Sequence record: SRR20825006_2611
Reading direction: 5' to 3' (one strand)
Length of the DNA stretch: 41,625 bases
In this document: positions 9,030-19,051 of the stretch, piece after piece
Position numbering within the stretch: position 1 is the first letter of the stretch
How the letters are laid out: each line of letters begins with the position of its first letter
Translations under genes and position numbers: made by a program
Notes under the pieces: model-generated
Databases searched by the model: none
What the model saw: the letters and a program-made list of their open reading frames with translations, nothing else
What the model was told of the DNA's origin: nothing

Positions 9030-11438
9030 TCAATCGATTTGGATGTCGTTCTTACCTTCTTTAAGTGCCAGGTTACGACCATTCCAGATCAAGGTGCCAT
9101 CTAGCCCCTTTGGAAGCTCAATCTTGCCCTTGAGACCGTTTTGCCCTCTTTTTTTAAGATTAAATTCTATTTCGCCCAAATGGTGCGGCACTTTACCATT
9201 GACCTCTTCTAATTTTCCTAAATGAGGTTCTACATGTATCTTCTGAAATCCCGGCGCCGCGGGTTGAATTCCACAGACCATTGACAGAAAATGATACATT
9301 GGGGAGGCGCTCCATGCATGGCAGTCCGACCGGGTAGGTTCTTGCTTTTCCGCAAATGTGGTGAGGCCATTATCGAGCATTTCTTCCCATCTGCCCATAA
9401 GCCCAAGATATTTCTCTTCCATTCCGGTATGCCTAAGTGCCTCGGTCAAATAAAAGGAAAAATAATAGCTAGTCTTTGCTAAGGACTCATCTTCTAGAAC
9501 CTTTTTCATTAAAGAAGCGGCTTTTTCACCAGAGACAACATTCGCCAGTATGGCCATAATATTGGTATGCTGACTGAATTTTTCACCTTTCGGGGTATCA
9601 CTGAACAATTCCTTTTGCTCATCCCAAGCGAGTTCCTTTACTTTGGCCCTTATGTTTTCCAATCTACTTCGATAGAGATCGGCCTGCCCAGTATGACCAA
9701 AAACTTCCAACATTTCAATGGCATATTGAAGGGTATAGGCATATTGCAGGTTGATAAGTATTGAGTTTCCTTTTTCAGCACCGGGAGGCACCCCTCGAAC
9801 CCAATCATGTGTATCCACCCAATCGACGAACATCCACCATTCGTTTTGCTCCACTAGCCCGGATTCTCCACTTCTCTTTTCGAACCAGTTGAGAATATTG
9901 AGTACATTCGGCATCATTTTGCCAACAAATTCTTCATCTGGCAGAAGCATCCAGTAATCGTGCAGCATGGTTATCCATATGAGAGAAAAGGTTGGTATGA
10001 ACTGTGTTTCGTTGCTAGGATAACGGCTCTGGGTGAGACCGAAAGATTCCTGTGAGTGCTGGAAGGATTCCAAAGCATTTTTATAAAGCCTTGAATCACC
10101 TGAAACATAGGTGGTCACCAAGCTCTGTATTCGGGTATCCCCTATGTACTGCAATTGCTCGTAGTAGGGGCAGTCAAAATAATTCTCGCCCGAACATAAA
10201 CGCTGTGTTCTCCAGCTTACGTCCCATATCTTATCCAATAAAGAATTCTTGGTTCCGAACTCTGCAACTTGCTTAAAGGGATATCCCGTGAACCGCGATG
10301 CAAAATCATCCAAAACCAATGGTTGTTCCTTGGTCTCGATATCCAATTGCACATACCGGAACGTTCGCCACCAAAGCGGTTCATAAACCCGTCCTTCCTG
10401 ACCATCTGGACGTATGATATCGATATTGCCCTCGATGCTTTTGCCCTCTATTTCATTTCGATTCCCTTTTTGCCTCTGAGCATCATAGAGAGCCTCAGCG
10501 TAAGTGATGTCGATTTGTGAACCACTTCCTTTTGAAAAGCTTACAATTGGGTAGGCATTGGTTAAATGTCCTTGGTCCAACAAAACAGTAATTTTGGTAT
10601 GGGGAGGAACGATAAGTTTCTCTTTTCCTGATATAAAATCTGGCACCGACTTCTTTATCGATGTCCTTCTGATAGATTCAAAACGCTGAAACTTTTCCTC
10701 CATTAATGGAATATTCCTTGGAACAAGTATATGGGATGGAACAATGCCATATCCAGCAACCCCATTTTTAGGAGTTCCTTTGGAAATACTCTTTGCCGGT
10801 ACAAATTCTTCCGATTTAAATCCCTCGGTCATCCATCCCCATGGATACTCGCTTGAATCAAAGTCTTCCCCTGCACCAGTAATCAGGTAGATTCTTTGGT
10901 CTATTTGCGTTGGCCCATGTGCCCTACTTTGCATTACGGACCATTTTTCATCCGTGTTTAGCTTTTGTTCAGCATCTCCGTTTCCTTGAAGAATAAAACC
11001 TGTTTTTACCGTATGCTGTGCCAAGGGACGATAATCAGAAAAGTTCCAAACCACTGCTGACAATGTATTCTCTCCATTTTTTAGATAAGGTGCAATATTC
11101 AAGGTTTCAAAGCGCCAGTTCAATTGATCCCCTCGTGCCGGTCCGCTGGCCACGTATGTTCCGTTCACATAAAATTTGTACCTGTTATCCGCACTAAGGT
11201 GTACTATAAATTCCTCTGGAATATCTCCCAACTGTGTAAAGTTTCTCTTAAAGAAAAATACACCGTATTCATGGCCCTCTATTTCTGGGTGAGTAATCCA
11301 GTTGGCTTTCCAAGAGGTCAACAATCTATCATTTATTTTATCCACTTGCTGGGCGTTTGCCCCAATTCCAATGAGAAGACAAATGATGAACGAACAAAAA
11401 ACTTGCCTTGTTAAATGATGAAATACTGCAATCTTCAT
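9030..11438 (-). CDS. Alpha-L-rhamnosidase, GH78 (paralog 1)
   Basis: Signal peptide; GH78 motifs DCPYYEQLQYIGD and TTFAE...RSDCHAWS; N-terminal SADNRYK domain. Confidence 0.93.
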   Translation of the reverse strand: MKIAVFHHLTRQVFCSFIICLLIGIGANAQQVDKINDRLLTSWKANWITHPEIEGHEYGVFFFKRNFTQLGDIPEEFIVHLSADNRYKFYVNGTYVASGPARGDQLNWRFETLNIAPYLKNGENTLSAVVWNFSDYRPLAQHTVKTGFILQGNGDAEQKLNTDEKWSVMQSRAHGPTQIDQRIYLITGAGEDFDSSEYPWGWMTEGFKSEEFVPAKSISKGTPKNGVAGYGIVPSHILVPRNIPLMEEKFQRFESIRRTSIKKSVPDFISGKEKLIVPPHTKITVLLDQGHLTNAYPIVSFSKGSGSQIDITYAEALYDAQRQKGNRNEIEGKSIEGNIDIIRPDGQEGRVYEPLWWRTFRYVQLDIETKEQPLVLDDFASRFTGYPFKQVAEFGTKNSLLDKIWDVSWRTQRLCSGENYFDCPYYEQLQYIGDTRIQSLVTTYVSGDSRLYKNALESFQHSQESFGLTQSRYPSNETQFIPTFSLIWITMLHDYWMLLPDEEFVGKMMPNVLNILNWFEKRSGESGLVEQNEWWMFVDWVDTHDWVRGVPPGAEKGNSILINLQYAYTLQYAIEMLEVFGHTGQADLYRSRLENIRAKVKELAWDEQKELFSDTPKGEKFSQHTNIMAILANVVSGEKAASLMKKVLEDESLAKTSYYFSFYLTEALRHTGMEEKYLGLMGRWEEMLDNGLTTFAEKQEPTRSDCHAWSASPMYHFLSMVCGIQPAAPGFQKIHVEPHLGKLEEVNGKVPHHLGEIEFNLKKRGQNGLKGKIELPKGLDGTLIWNGRNLALKEGKNDIQID

Positions 11439-11545
11439 ATTATAAAAATAGTGATATGATTAATGGACAATATTGCCATAAGTTTGTTTATTGGGCAGAA
11501 CCTTAAGATTAAAGTACCCAAACAGAAAAGAGGACAATACAAATA

Positions 11546-11592
11546 CAAGAATAAGACAGAGCGCCCACATAACCATCCTGTACTGTTATGAA
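11546..11592 (-). promoter_or_regulatory. GH78-1 promoter with candidate GntR operator
   Basis: -7-like TATTCTTG (11546-11553, minus); box CCATC CTGTA CTGTT ATGAA (11573-11592) 19 bp upstream; ACCATCCTGTAC identical to 7771-7782. Confidence 0.68.
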
Positions 11593-11938
11593 GATTGCTC
11601 CTTCCTATACAATGGATTTCACTCTAGAACATAAATAAATGAAAGATGCTCTTGAAAATGAGTTTGACTGTACTTTTTCTTTTCGTTTACCAACTATGGT
11701 TATGGACGGAAACGATTCCCAAGGACTTCTCTATATAAACCATTTTTAAGTTTTTTATGGAAAGTGGCCTACGGTCATAAAATATTAAAACAGTTGAAAA
11801 GTAACCATATCTTTCTTAAAGCGATTAGGGGCTTATAGTCATGATTATCTATCTTCGTTTGTTTTTGCTTTCCTACCAATTGTGGGGTTTACCCCTATTA
11901 ACGGTTCTTGTCAATTTCGTAACTTAAAATATTATCAT

Positions 11939-14287
11939 TTAAATGGTGACGTTGTTAATTCCAGATTTTATTTTGGCCGATTTTCCCTGCCAAATAAATT
12001 CACCGTAAACCCCTTCAGGTAATGTAATGGTTGCCTTCACCTTCCTACCTGTTCTTTTATAATCCACGGATATCATTCCCGATGGATGAGGTATTTCGCC
12101 CCCAATTTTTTCGATGTCCCCCAAATTTGGGGCTATCCGTACCGTTTTAAAGTTCGGCGAAGCACTTTCTATCCCTAAAATAATCCTGAAAAATTCTATG
12201 TTAGGACTTGATCCCCAAGCATGGCAATCGGAACGCGTAGTTTCCACTTGGGAAATTTCTGCCCAAGTGGTCAGCCCCAACGCTATGTTTTTTCTCCAAA
12301 CATCTAACCAATCCAGATACTTGTTGCCGTATCCTGCCTCGTTAAGAGCCTGATGAAGATAATAGCTAAAATAGATGGAGGCTGGAGCCAAGGATTCATC
12401 GTCCAACAGTGATTTTCCAATGGCCATTTTCTGGTCGGCATCCACTATATCGGCAAGAATGGCCAAAGAATTGGTATGCTGCGAATACTTGTTCTTTTCC
12501 GGGGTATCGGCAAACATCTTCTTGTCCGGGTCCCAATATTTATTTTTGATGGTCTCTGTTAATTGCTCGACCATTGTTGTGTACAGGGTTACGAATTCCT
12601 GCTTCCCCAATTCCTTCTCCAGAGCTATTCCATATTGTAGGGCATGGAGCATTTGTAAATCCAAGGCGGCCGATGAACCGTCTTTGGCCATCGGGGCCAC
12701 TCCCCCTTCCCACTCCGGGACCCAGTCCGTAAAGTTCCACCCGGGAACGTTCTTCAAAGAGCCATCCTCATCCAAATACGTAATGAAATAATTCAGTACC
12801 TGTCGAGATCCCATTAACTTCTCTTCAATAAATTCCATATCACTGCCATACATCATATAATCATAGAGAAGGGCAACATACCAAAGAGAGTAGGTTGGGA
12901 TTACCTGATCCTGTCTGTCCGGGTACCTGCTCAAGGTAAATCCGTCCGGTTGTCTTGAATAATCAATTAGATTGATGGCATTTTTGATCAACCGATCATC
13001 CCCGCTGTTATAAAATGATACAAAATGCTGGATTCTGGTATCCCCCACATATTGTAGCCTTTCATAATATGGGCAATCCATATAGGTATCCACAGCACAA
13101 AGTCGGGCAGTTCTCCAACCAATTTCCATCATATTGGAAAGTTCTTTGTTATCCGAAATGAGATTTGCCTTCATTTGGAACGGATACCCCGTGAAAGTGC
13201 CATAAATATCGTTTATGATCAAGGGCTCTTCCTTTGTCTGAACCCCAACCTCCACATACCTATATGTTCTATAGGTCAAAGAAGTGTATTCTTGATCAGC
13301 TTTTCCATTGGAAATGATGCTATCCCTTCTTCCTGCCATCGATTTTCCTTCGATAACATTGCGGTTTCCCTTAACTCCTTCGCTATCAAAGAGTCCTTCT
13401 GCATATGAAAGGGTAATTATACTATTTTTTCCTCCACTGAACAACAAGGTTAAGTAAGCGTTAGTCAAATGCTCTTGATCCAATAATATTTTGACATTGG
13501 AATTGGCCCCTACCTTGATATCCTTAGGTTTAGCTGGAAAAGATGATGGGACTTTCACTCCCTCGGACTTTCTTACCGTTGCCAGACGCTCTGCGGTCAA
13601 CTCCATTTCCGGTAAAATAGTTGGAGTCAACTGCCAACCTTCTTGATACCGTATTCCGCCTCCCCTTTGTACCTCCTCAAAAACAGTATCTGGGGATTGC
13701 CATGCACTATCATCAAAGCTCTGGGACTTCCAGCCCGTCAATGCCTTGTTCATATCTATAAAATCCCCCGCACCGGCCGCATAGTATCCTCTTATGTCCT
13801 GTTTCAAAGGAGTATAACTTTCATCTTTGATGACTTTCCAACTGCCATCCGTATCCACTATTTTTTCCAAATCGCCCTCACCTTGTACAAATAATGCAGT
13901 TTTATAGGAAAATTGTGCCACCGCTCGCATTTCGGCTTCATTCCAAACTTTTATTGCCAAGATATTGTCACCTGCCTTTAAATGTTTGGCAATATCCACG
14001 TTGTGATAGTTCCAATGCTTTATATCTCCCCAGTTGGGGCCTACAGAAGCCAAGGTTCCATTTACAAAAAGTTTATATCTGTTATCTGCAGAGATACGTA
14101 TTCTAAACTCGCTCGGCACGGTATCCAACGTAAAGTCCTTCCTAAAAAGGAAGGACCCGGCAGCTTGCGTATCTATTTTGGGCATGGTAATCCAATTGGC
14201 CGTCCATTCCTGATCCGCACTGAGTTTCTCCTGGGCCATTGAAATTAAAGTCGTACATAAAATAAGTAGTGATAGAAATTTTCTCAT
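11939..14287 (-). CDS. Alpha-L-rhamnosidase, GH78 (paralog 2)
   Basis: Signal peptide; DCPYYERLQYVGD and TTWAE...RSDCHAWG motifs. Confidence 0.93.
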   Translation of the reverse strand: MRKFLSLLILCTTLISMAQEKLSADQEWTANWITMPKIDTQAAGSFLFRKDFTLDTVPSEFRIRISADNRYKLFVNGTLASVGPNWGDIKHWNYHNVDIAKHLKAGDNILAIKVWNEAEMRAVAQFSYKTALFVQGEGDLEKIVDTDGSWKVIKDESYTPLKQDIRGYYAAGAGDFIDMNKALTGWKSQSFDDSAWQSPDTVFEEVQRGGGIRYQEGWQLTPTILPEMELTAERLATVRKSEGVKVPSSFPAKPKDIKVGANSNVKILLDQEHLTNAYLTLLFSGGKNSIITLSYAEGLFDSEGVKGNRNVIEGKSMAGRRDSIISNGKADQEYTSLTYRTYRYVEVGVQTKEEPLIINDIYGTFTGYPFQMKANLISDNKELSNMMEIGWRTARLCAVDTYMDCPYYERLQYVGDTRIQHFVSFYNSGDDRLIKNAINLIDYSRQPDGFTLSRYPDRQDQVIPTYSLWYVALLYDYMMYGSDMEFIEEKLMGSRQVLNYFITYLDEDGSLKNVPGWNFTDWVPEWEGGVAPMAKDGSSAALDLQMLHALQYGIALEKELGKQEFVTLYTTMVEQLTETIKNKYWDPDKKMFADTPEKNKYSQHTNSLAILADIVDADQKMAIGKSLLDDESLAPASIYFSYYLHQALNEAGYGNKYLDWLDVWRKNIALGLTTWAEISQVETTRSDCHAWGSSPNIEFFRIILGIESASPNFKTVRIAPNLGDIEKIGGEIPHPSGMISVDYKRTGRKVKATITLPEGVYGEFIWQGKSAKIKSGINNVTI

Positions 14288-14383
14288 ATTTTAAATCTAA
14301 ATGATTTGTGCAAATATCCTGAGGCCTATGTATTTTGAATCAAGCGAAAACTCGCCATACGCCCCCTTATAAAAGGCCCAATG

Positions 14384-14435
14384 CAACGTTAATATAAGGT
14401 CTAAAGAAAACTATTCCGTTCTGTACTGTTCTGGT
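14384..14435 (-). promoter_or_regulatory. GH78-2 promoter with candidate GntR operator
   Basis: -7-like TAACGTTG (14384-14391, minus); five pentamers CTATT CCGTT CTGTA CTGTT CTGGT (14411-14435) starting 19 bp upstream. Confidence 0.7.
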
Positions 14436-14461
14436 AAAAAGGCAAGTCCTCCAATATTGGA

Positions 14462-15490
14462 CTATAGGGAGCTTCTTTGAATTATATGAAAAGGGTTTTC
14501 CGTGTAGATGGTCTGGTTCTTCAAGACAATTTCAGCAGCTTTTTTCCCAAGGTTCTCAAAGTCGGTGGATATTACGGTGATGCCATCCAGAAGCACTTCC
14601 TTTAGCGGGGTCTCGTTATATGAAATAATCCCAACATCTTGTCCCAACACAAAATTGGTCTCCTTTATTTTCTTGATCAAAATAACCAAGTCACTTTCCT
14701 TAAGATTAATATAGACAGTTTGCTTTTCAATTTCACTGGATTCAATTTCCTCTATAATTCCAAATTCGTAAGCAAATTGTGCGCAAAACTTTATGAAGCC
14801 CTTTTTGATCTCAATTGGATGGTACGTCTTCTTTCTTAATAAGAGTTTGATCTGCCGGTATTTTTTGAGTTTAGGGTTAAGTGCAACCAAAGCTGAATAT
14901 ATGTCCTGCTCAAAATCTTGATAAATGCTGGAAACGGTATTCGCCAGACCATCCAATCTTTTATCGAGTACAATCAGTTTTTCCAAAGGAATTTCATCTT
15001 TGATAAAGTTGATCACATCATCACCTCCTTCTTCAAAATGACTGATCACAACATAATGTGTGTAAGTGTAGGATCTTTTCTTGGACTCCAAGATTAGTTC
15101 CTTAAAATGTCTGTAATTATTTTCATAGATAAAAAAGTCTATGGTAGCATTGTCTCCCAAAGTTCTGGCAAAAGCATCATAAATAATTTTTTTATGTGCA
15201 CTCAACTTATTAAAAAGAAGAAAAACTTTTGCTTTCAAGGCCAACTCATCTTCCTTTACATAATAGCCTTTTCCGGGTACGGACTCTATAATTTTGTTCT
15301 TCTTCAAGTGGTCGTAAGCCCTTACCACAGTATCGCGGGATATATCAAATTCTATTAGCAACTCATTCACGGAAGGCAACCTATCGTCCAATTTGAGCTT
15401 GCCATTTTCAATGGCTGCTAAAATGGAATCAACGATTTGTTTGTACTTTGGAACCTTTGATTCCTCCTTTATATCTATCAATTCCAGCAT
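14462..15490 (-). CDS. GntR-family regulator with C-terminal sugar-binding domain (Bacteroides FucR-like); probable rhamnose regulator
   Basis: GntR HTH (PKYKQIVDSI...LPSVNEL...ISRDTVVRAY...GKGYYV); start moved to ATG 15490 (342 aa) because the longer ORF overlaps rhaEW. Confidence 0.9.
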   Translation of the reverse strand: MLELIDIKEESKVPKYKQIVDSILAAIENGKLKLDDRLPSVNELLIEFDISRDTVVRAYDHLKKNKIIESVPGKGYYVKEDELALKAKVFLLFNKLSAHKKIIYDAFARTLGDNATIDFFIYENNYRHFKELILESKKRSYTYTHYVVISHFEEGGDDVINFIKDEIPLEKLIVLDKRLDGLANTVSSIYQDFEQDIYSALVALNPKLKKYRQIKLLLRKKTYHPIEIKKGFIKFCAQFAYEFGIIEEIESSEIEKQTVYINLKESDLVILIKKIKETNFVLGQDVGIISYNETPLKEVLLDGITVISTDFENLGKKAAEIVLKNQTIYTENPFHIIQRSSL

Positions 15491-15502
15491 TTTATTAACT
15501 TT

Positions 15503-15549
15503 TACGGCACAGTACAGAACACTTAATAGAAAATGGGTAAGTACATTTA
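15503..15549 (+). promoter_or_regulatory. rha operon promoter with candidate GntR operator, shared with divergent gntR
   Basis: Reverse complement of 15503-15522 is GTGTT CTGTA CTGTG CCGTA; -7-like TACATTTA (15542-15549) 19 bp downstream; 15509-15520 is the exact reverse complement of 14418-14429. Confidence 0.75.
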
Positions 15550-15577
15550 CCGACAACAATAATAAAAAAAATACCTG

Positions 15578-17677
15578 ATGGGGATTAAGACTTTTAAACA
15601 TGTGGATTATTTATGGGACGAAAAAAAGGCCTTGGAACTTGGCGACGACCAAGTGGCTTTGTTCCTATATAGGTCCAATATTTTGGGCTCCGATTTAAGG
15701 ATTACAAACTACGGTGGAGGAAATACTAGTTGCAAGACAATTGAAAAGGATCCACTGACCAATGAAGAGGTTGAAGTAATGTGGATTAAAGGTTCTGGAG
15801 GAGACATTGGTACCCTTACCCGTTCAGGAATTGCCGGACTTTATACAGAACGATTGAGAAACCTGAAAAAAGTCTATAAAGGATTGCATGATGAGGATAG
15901 AATGGTGGGACTTTTTAACCATTGCATTTATGATTTGGACAGTAGGGCCCCGTCCATCGACACTCCTCTTCATGGATTGCTTCCATTTAAACATATCGAT
16001 CATCTACACCCTGATGCCCTTATTGCTGTAGCAGCGGCCAAGGACAGTGAAAAAGTGACCAAAGAAATTTGGGGGGACACCATGGGCTGGGTGCCATGGC
16101 AAAGACCTGGTTTCGACCTGGGCCTTCAATTGGAAAAATGTTTGGACGAAAACCCAGGAATACGTGGTATAGTGCTAGGAAGCCATGGTCTTTTTACTTG
16201 GGGAGACACCTCATACGAATGCTATATCAATAGTTTGGAGGTCATTGAAACGGCTTCTGATTATATTGAAAAGAAAATAAAAGAACAGGGAAAAGTTTTT
16301 GGCGGTCAAAAAGTGGAATCGTTACCTGCCGAAGATAGAAAAGAGAAAGCGGCACAGTTGATGCCCCTCCTTCGTGGACTGTGCTCTTCGGAAAACCGAA
16401 TGATAGGTCATTTTACCGATGCTGATGTGGTCATGGAATACATCAACAGCAACGATTTGGAAAAATTGGCCCCGATGGGGACCTCTTGTCCGGATCACTT
16501 TTTAAGAACCAAGATACAACCGTTGGTATTAACTTTGGACGCCGGTGAAGATGTATCCAATGCAGAGGAAGTGCTTAAAAAATTAGAGCCCGCCTTTGAA
16601 CATTACCGAAAAGAATATAAGGAATACTACGAGAACTGTAAGCACGATAACAGTCCAGCGATGAGGGATCCGAACCCTGTCATCATTATTTATCCCGGGG
16701 TGGGTATGTTCAGTTTCTCGAAAAACAAGCAAACTACACGGGTAGCCAGTGAATTCTACATCAACGCCATCAATGTGATGCGTGGTGCAGAGGCCATTTC
16801 CGCCTACACTTCGTTGCCGAGACAAGAGGCTTTTGATATTGAATATTGGCTATTGGAAGAAGCCAAGTTACAGCGTATGCCCAAAGAACAACCGTTATCG
16901 AGAAGAGTGGCCCTGGTCACCGGTGCCGGTGGAGGAATTGGTAAAGCTATCGCGGACAAACTTGCAGAGCATGGGGCAAATGTGGTATTGACCGATATTG
17001 CCGAGGACAGATTGAAAGAAGCTGTTGAAACCTACACAAGGGACGTGGCCACTTATGCAGTGTGTGATGTAACAAGTGCCGATTCCATAAGAAAGGCATA
17101 TAAAGATGCCTGTCTGGAATTTGGAGGTGTGGATTTGATTATCCACAGTGCAGGATTGGCCATTTCCAAACCATTGGAAGAAACTATCGAAAAGGATTGG
17201 GACTTGCTTCAAAATGTTTTGGTGAAAGGACAGTTCGAACTCTTTAAACAGGGAGTCGATATTATGAACAAACAAGATTTGGGAGGAGACATTGTAAGTA
17301 TTGCCAGCAAAAATGGTTTAGTTTCAGGACCGAACAATGTAGGCTACGGAACTGCGAAAGCTGCCCAACAACACATGGTACGTTTACTTGCGGCCGAACT
17401 CGGGGGCAAAGGAATCCGAGTGAATACGGTAAATCCTGATGGAGTCATCGTAGGCAGCAAAATTTGGGAAGGCGATTGGGCCGAAGGAAGGGCCAAAGCC
17501 TACGGTATTAAAGTTGAAGAACTTCCTGCTCATTACGCCAAGAGAAACTTGCTCAACGAAATTATATATCCAGAAGACATCGCCAACGGTGTATTCGCTT
17601 TTGTAGGTCTACTGGATAAAAGCACTGGAAACATTATCAATGTGGATGGCGGTATGGCAAATGCCTTCACTAGATAA
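15578..17677 (+). CDS. rhaEW: Bifunctional rhamnulose-1-phosphate aldolase / short-chain (lactaldehyde) dehydrogenase
   Basis: Class II aldolase domain (GGGNTS, PSIDTPLH, HLHPD, CPDHFLRTK) fused to SDR (TGAGGGIG, YGTAK). Confidence 0.93.
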   Translation: MGIKTFKHVDYLWDEKKALELGDDQVALFLYRSNILGSDLRITNYGGGNTSCKTIEKDPLTNEEVEVMWIKGSGGDIGTLTRSGIAGLYTERLRNLKKVYKGLHDEDRMVGLFNHCIYDLDSRAPSIDTPLHGLLPFKHIDHLHPDALIAVAAAKDSEKVTKEIWGDTMGWVPWQRPGFDLGLQLEKCLDENPGIRGIVLGSHGLFTWGDTSYECYINSLEVIETASDYIEKKIKEQGKVFGGQKVESLPAEDRKEKAAQLMPLLRGLCSSENRMIGHFTDADVVMEYINSNDLEKLAPMGTSCPDHFLRTKIQPLVLTLDAGEDVSNAEEVLKKLEPAFEHYRKEYKEYYENCKHDNSPAMRDPNPVIIIYPGVGMFSFSKNKQTTRVASEFYINAINVMRGAEAISAYTSLPRQEAFDIEYWLLEEAKLQRMPKEQPLSRRVALVTGAGGGIGKAIADKLAEHGANVVLTDIAEDRLKEAVETYTRDVATYAVCDVTSADSIRKAYKDACLEFGGVDLIIHSAGLAISKPLEETIEKDWDLLQNVLVKGQFELFKQGVDIMNKQDLGGDIVSIASKNGLVSGPNNVGYGTAKAAQQHMVRLLAAELGGKGIRVNTVNPDGVIVGSKIWEGDWAEGRAKAYGIKVEELPAHYAKRNLLNEIIYPEDIANGVFAFVGLLDKSTGNIINVDGGMANAFTR

Positions 17678-17711
17678 GGTTTTGAGTTTAGTTATTTTTA
17701 ATTCAAATTTT

Positions 17712-17742
17712 CCGCAGGTCTACATATTGGCCTGCGGTTTTT
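17712..17742 (+). terminator. Intra-operon stem-loop with short T tract
   Basis: CCGCAGGTC-TACATATT-GGCCTGCGG-TTTTT between rhaEW and the isomerase. Confidence 0.6.
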
Positions 17743-17759
17743 AAAGATTAAATCATCCT

Positions 17760-19040
17760 ATGATTATCAATAAAGAACAAATCGCATCGCATAACCAAAT
17801 CAACTTTGACAACCATGATCAAAGTTTTGATTTTTTGGCGAACCAGCTGTCCAAAAAAGGATACGATGTGGAACATATACTCAAAAAAATCAGCGACTTT
17901 CAAGTAGCCATTCCAAGTTGGGCCTTGGGTGCCGGCGGAACGCGCTTTGGGAGATTCTCCTATCATGGGGAACCTGGCACTTTGGAACAAAAAATCGAAG
18001 ATGTCGGAATGATTCATGCGCTAACCCAATCTGCAGGGGCCATTTCCCTTCATATTCCATGGGATGTGCCAGAAGATACTGAGAAGGTTAAAAAATTGGC
18101 CGGTGTCCTGGATCTAAAGTTCGATGCAATGAACTCCAACACCTTCCAAGATCAGCCTGAACAAGAACATTCCTATAAGTTCGGTTCACTTTGCAGCACC
18201 GACGAAAATGCACGCCAGCAGGCCATACAGCACAATATTGATGTTATCCGATTAGGAGAAAAATTGGGTTCCAAAAGTCTTACCGTATGGTTGGCGGACG
18301 GCTCCAGTTTTCCTGGACAGAACAATTTCCAGACCGTACTTAAAAACACACAGGATAGTCTTCAGCAAATCTACAAAACATTACCCGAGGACTGGAAACT
18401 CTTTATCGAGTACAAACCTTACGAACCTTATTTTTACAGCACGGTCATCCAAGATTGGGGAACTTCCTTTATGTTGGCCAACGAATGTGGCCCAAAAGCC
18501 TATACTTTGGTAGATTTAGGGCATCATCTGCCAAACACCAACATAGAACAGATTGTGGCCACTTTGATGATGAAGGGCAAATTGGGAGGATTCCATTTCA
18601 ATGACAGCAAATATGGGGACGACGACCTTACCGTTGGAAGCATAAAACCATATTCCCTGTTCTTGATTTTCAACGAACTGGTTTATGGTATGGAGAACAA
18701 TCCGCAAAACCCCTACCCTGCCTGGATGATAGATGCCAGCCATAACCTAAAAGACCCTTTGGAAGACTTAATGCAATCGTTGGAAGCTATTAGATCTTCC
18801 TATGCAAAGGCTCTTTTGGTAGACCAAAAGTCACTTCGTGAAGCACAGAGGAACCATGACGTGTCACAATGTCAAGAAATTCTTCAAGATGCTTACCACA
18901 CCGATGTAAGACCGTTATTGGAACATGCTCGAATCTCAAATGGGGGCGCTCTGAATCCATTGGACACGTACAGATATCTCAATATCCGTAAACAATTGAT
19001 TGACGAGAGAGGTAAACATACCATGGCAACGGGGCTATAA
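17760..19040 (+). CDS. rhaI: L-rhamnose isomerase (RhaI type, xylose-isomerase-like TIM barrel)
   Basis: PSWALGAGGTRFGRF, SLHIPWD, EYKPYEP, DLGHH, GGFHFND..YGDDDL motifs; operon context. Confidence 0.9.
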   Translation: MIINKEQIASHNQINFDNHDQSFDFLANQLSKKGYDVEHILKKISDFQVAIPSWALGAGGTRFGRFSYHGEPGTLEQKIEDVGMIHALTQSAGAISLHIPWDVPEDTEKVKKLAGVLDLKFDAMNSNTFQDQPEQEHSYKFGSLCSTDENARQQAIQHNIDVIRLGEKLGSKSLTVWLADGSSFPGQNNFQTVLKNTQDSLQQIYKTLPEDWKLFIEYKPYEPYFYSTVIQDWGTSFMLANECGPKAYTLVDLGHHLPNTNIEQIVATLMMKGKLGGFHFNDSKYGDDDLTVGSIKPYSLFLIFNELVYGMENNPQNPYPAWMIDASHNLKDPLEDLMQSLEAIRSSYAKALLVDQKSLREAQRNHDVSQCQEILQDAYHTDVRPLLEHARISNGGALNPLDTYRYLNIRKQLIDERGKHTMATGL

Positions 19041-19051
19041 TAAATTTATAT

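Noticed and set aside
554-14242. Many 60-138 aa plus-strand ORFs inside PUL genes
   Set aside because: Antisense shadows of well-supported CDSs with no recognisable motifs
9030-14287. Recent tandem duplication of GH78
   Set aside because: The proteins share motifs but are visibly divergent throughout, and each has its own promoter
14462-15601. 379-aa long form of gntR
   Set aside because: The extension overlaps rhaEW and crosses the operator and promoter; the GntR domain starts just after ATG 15490
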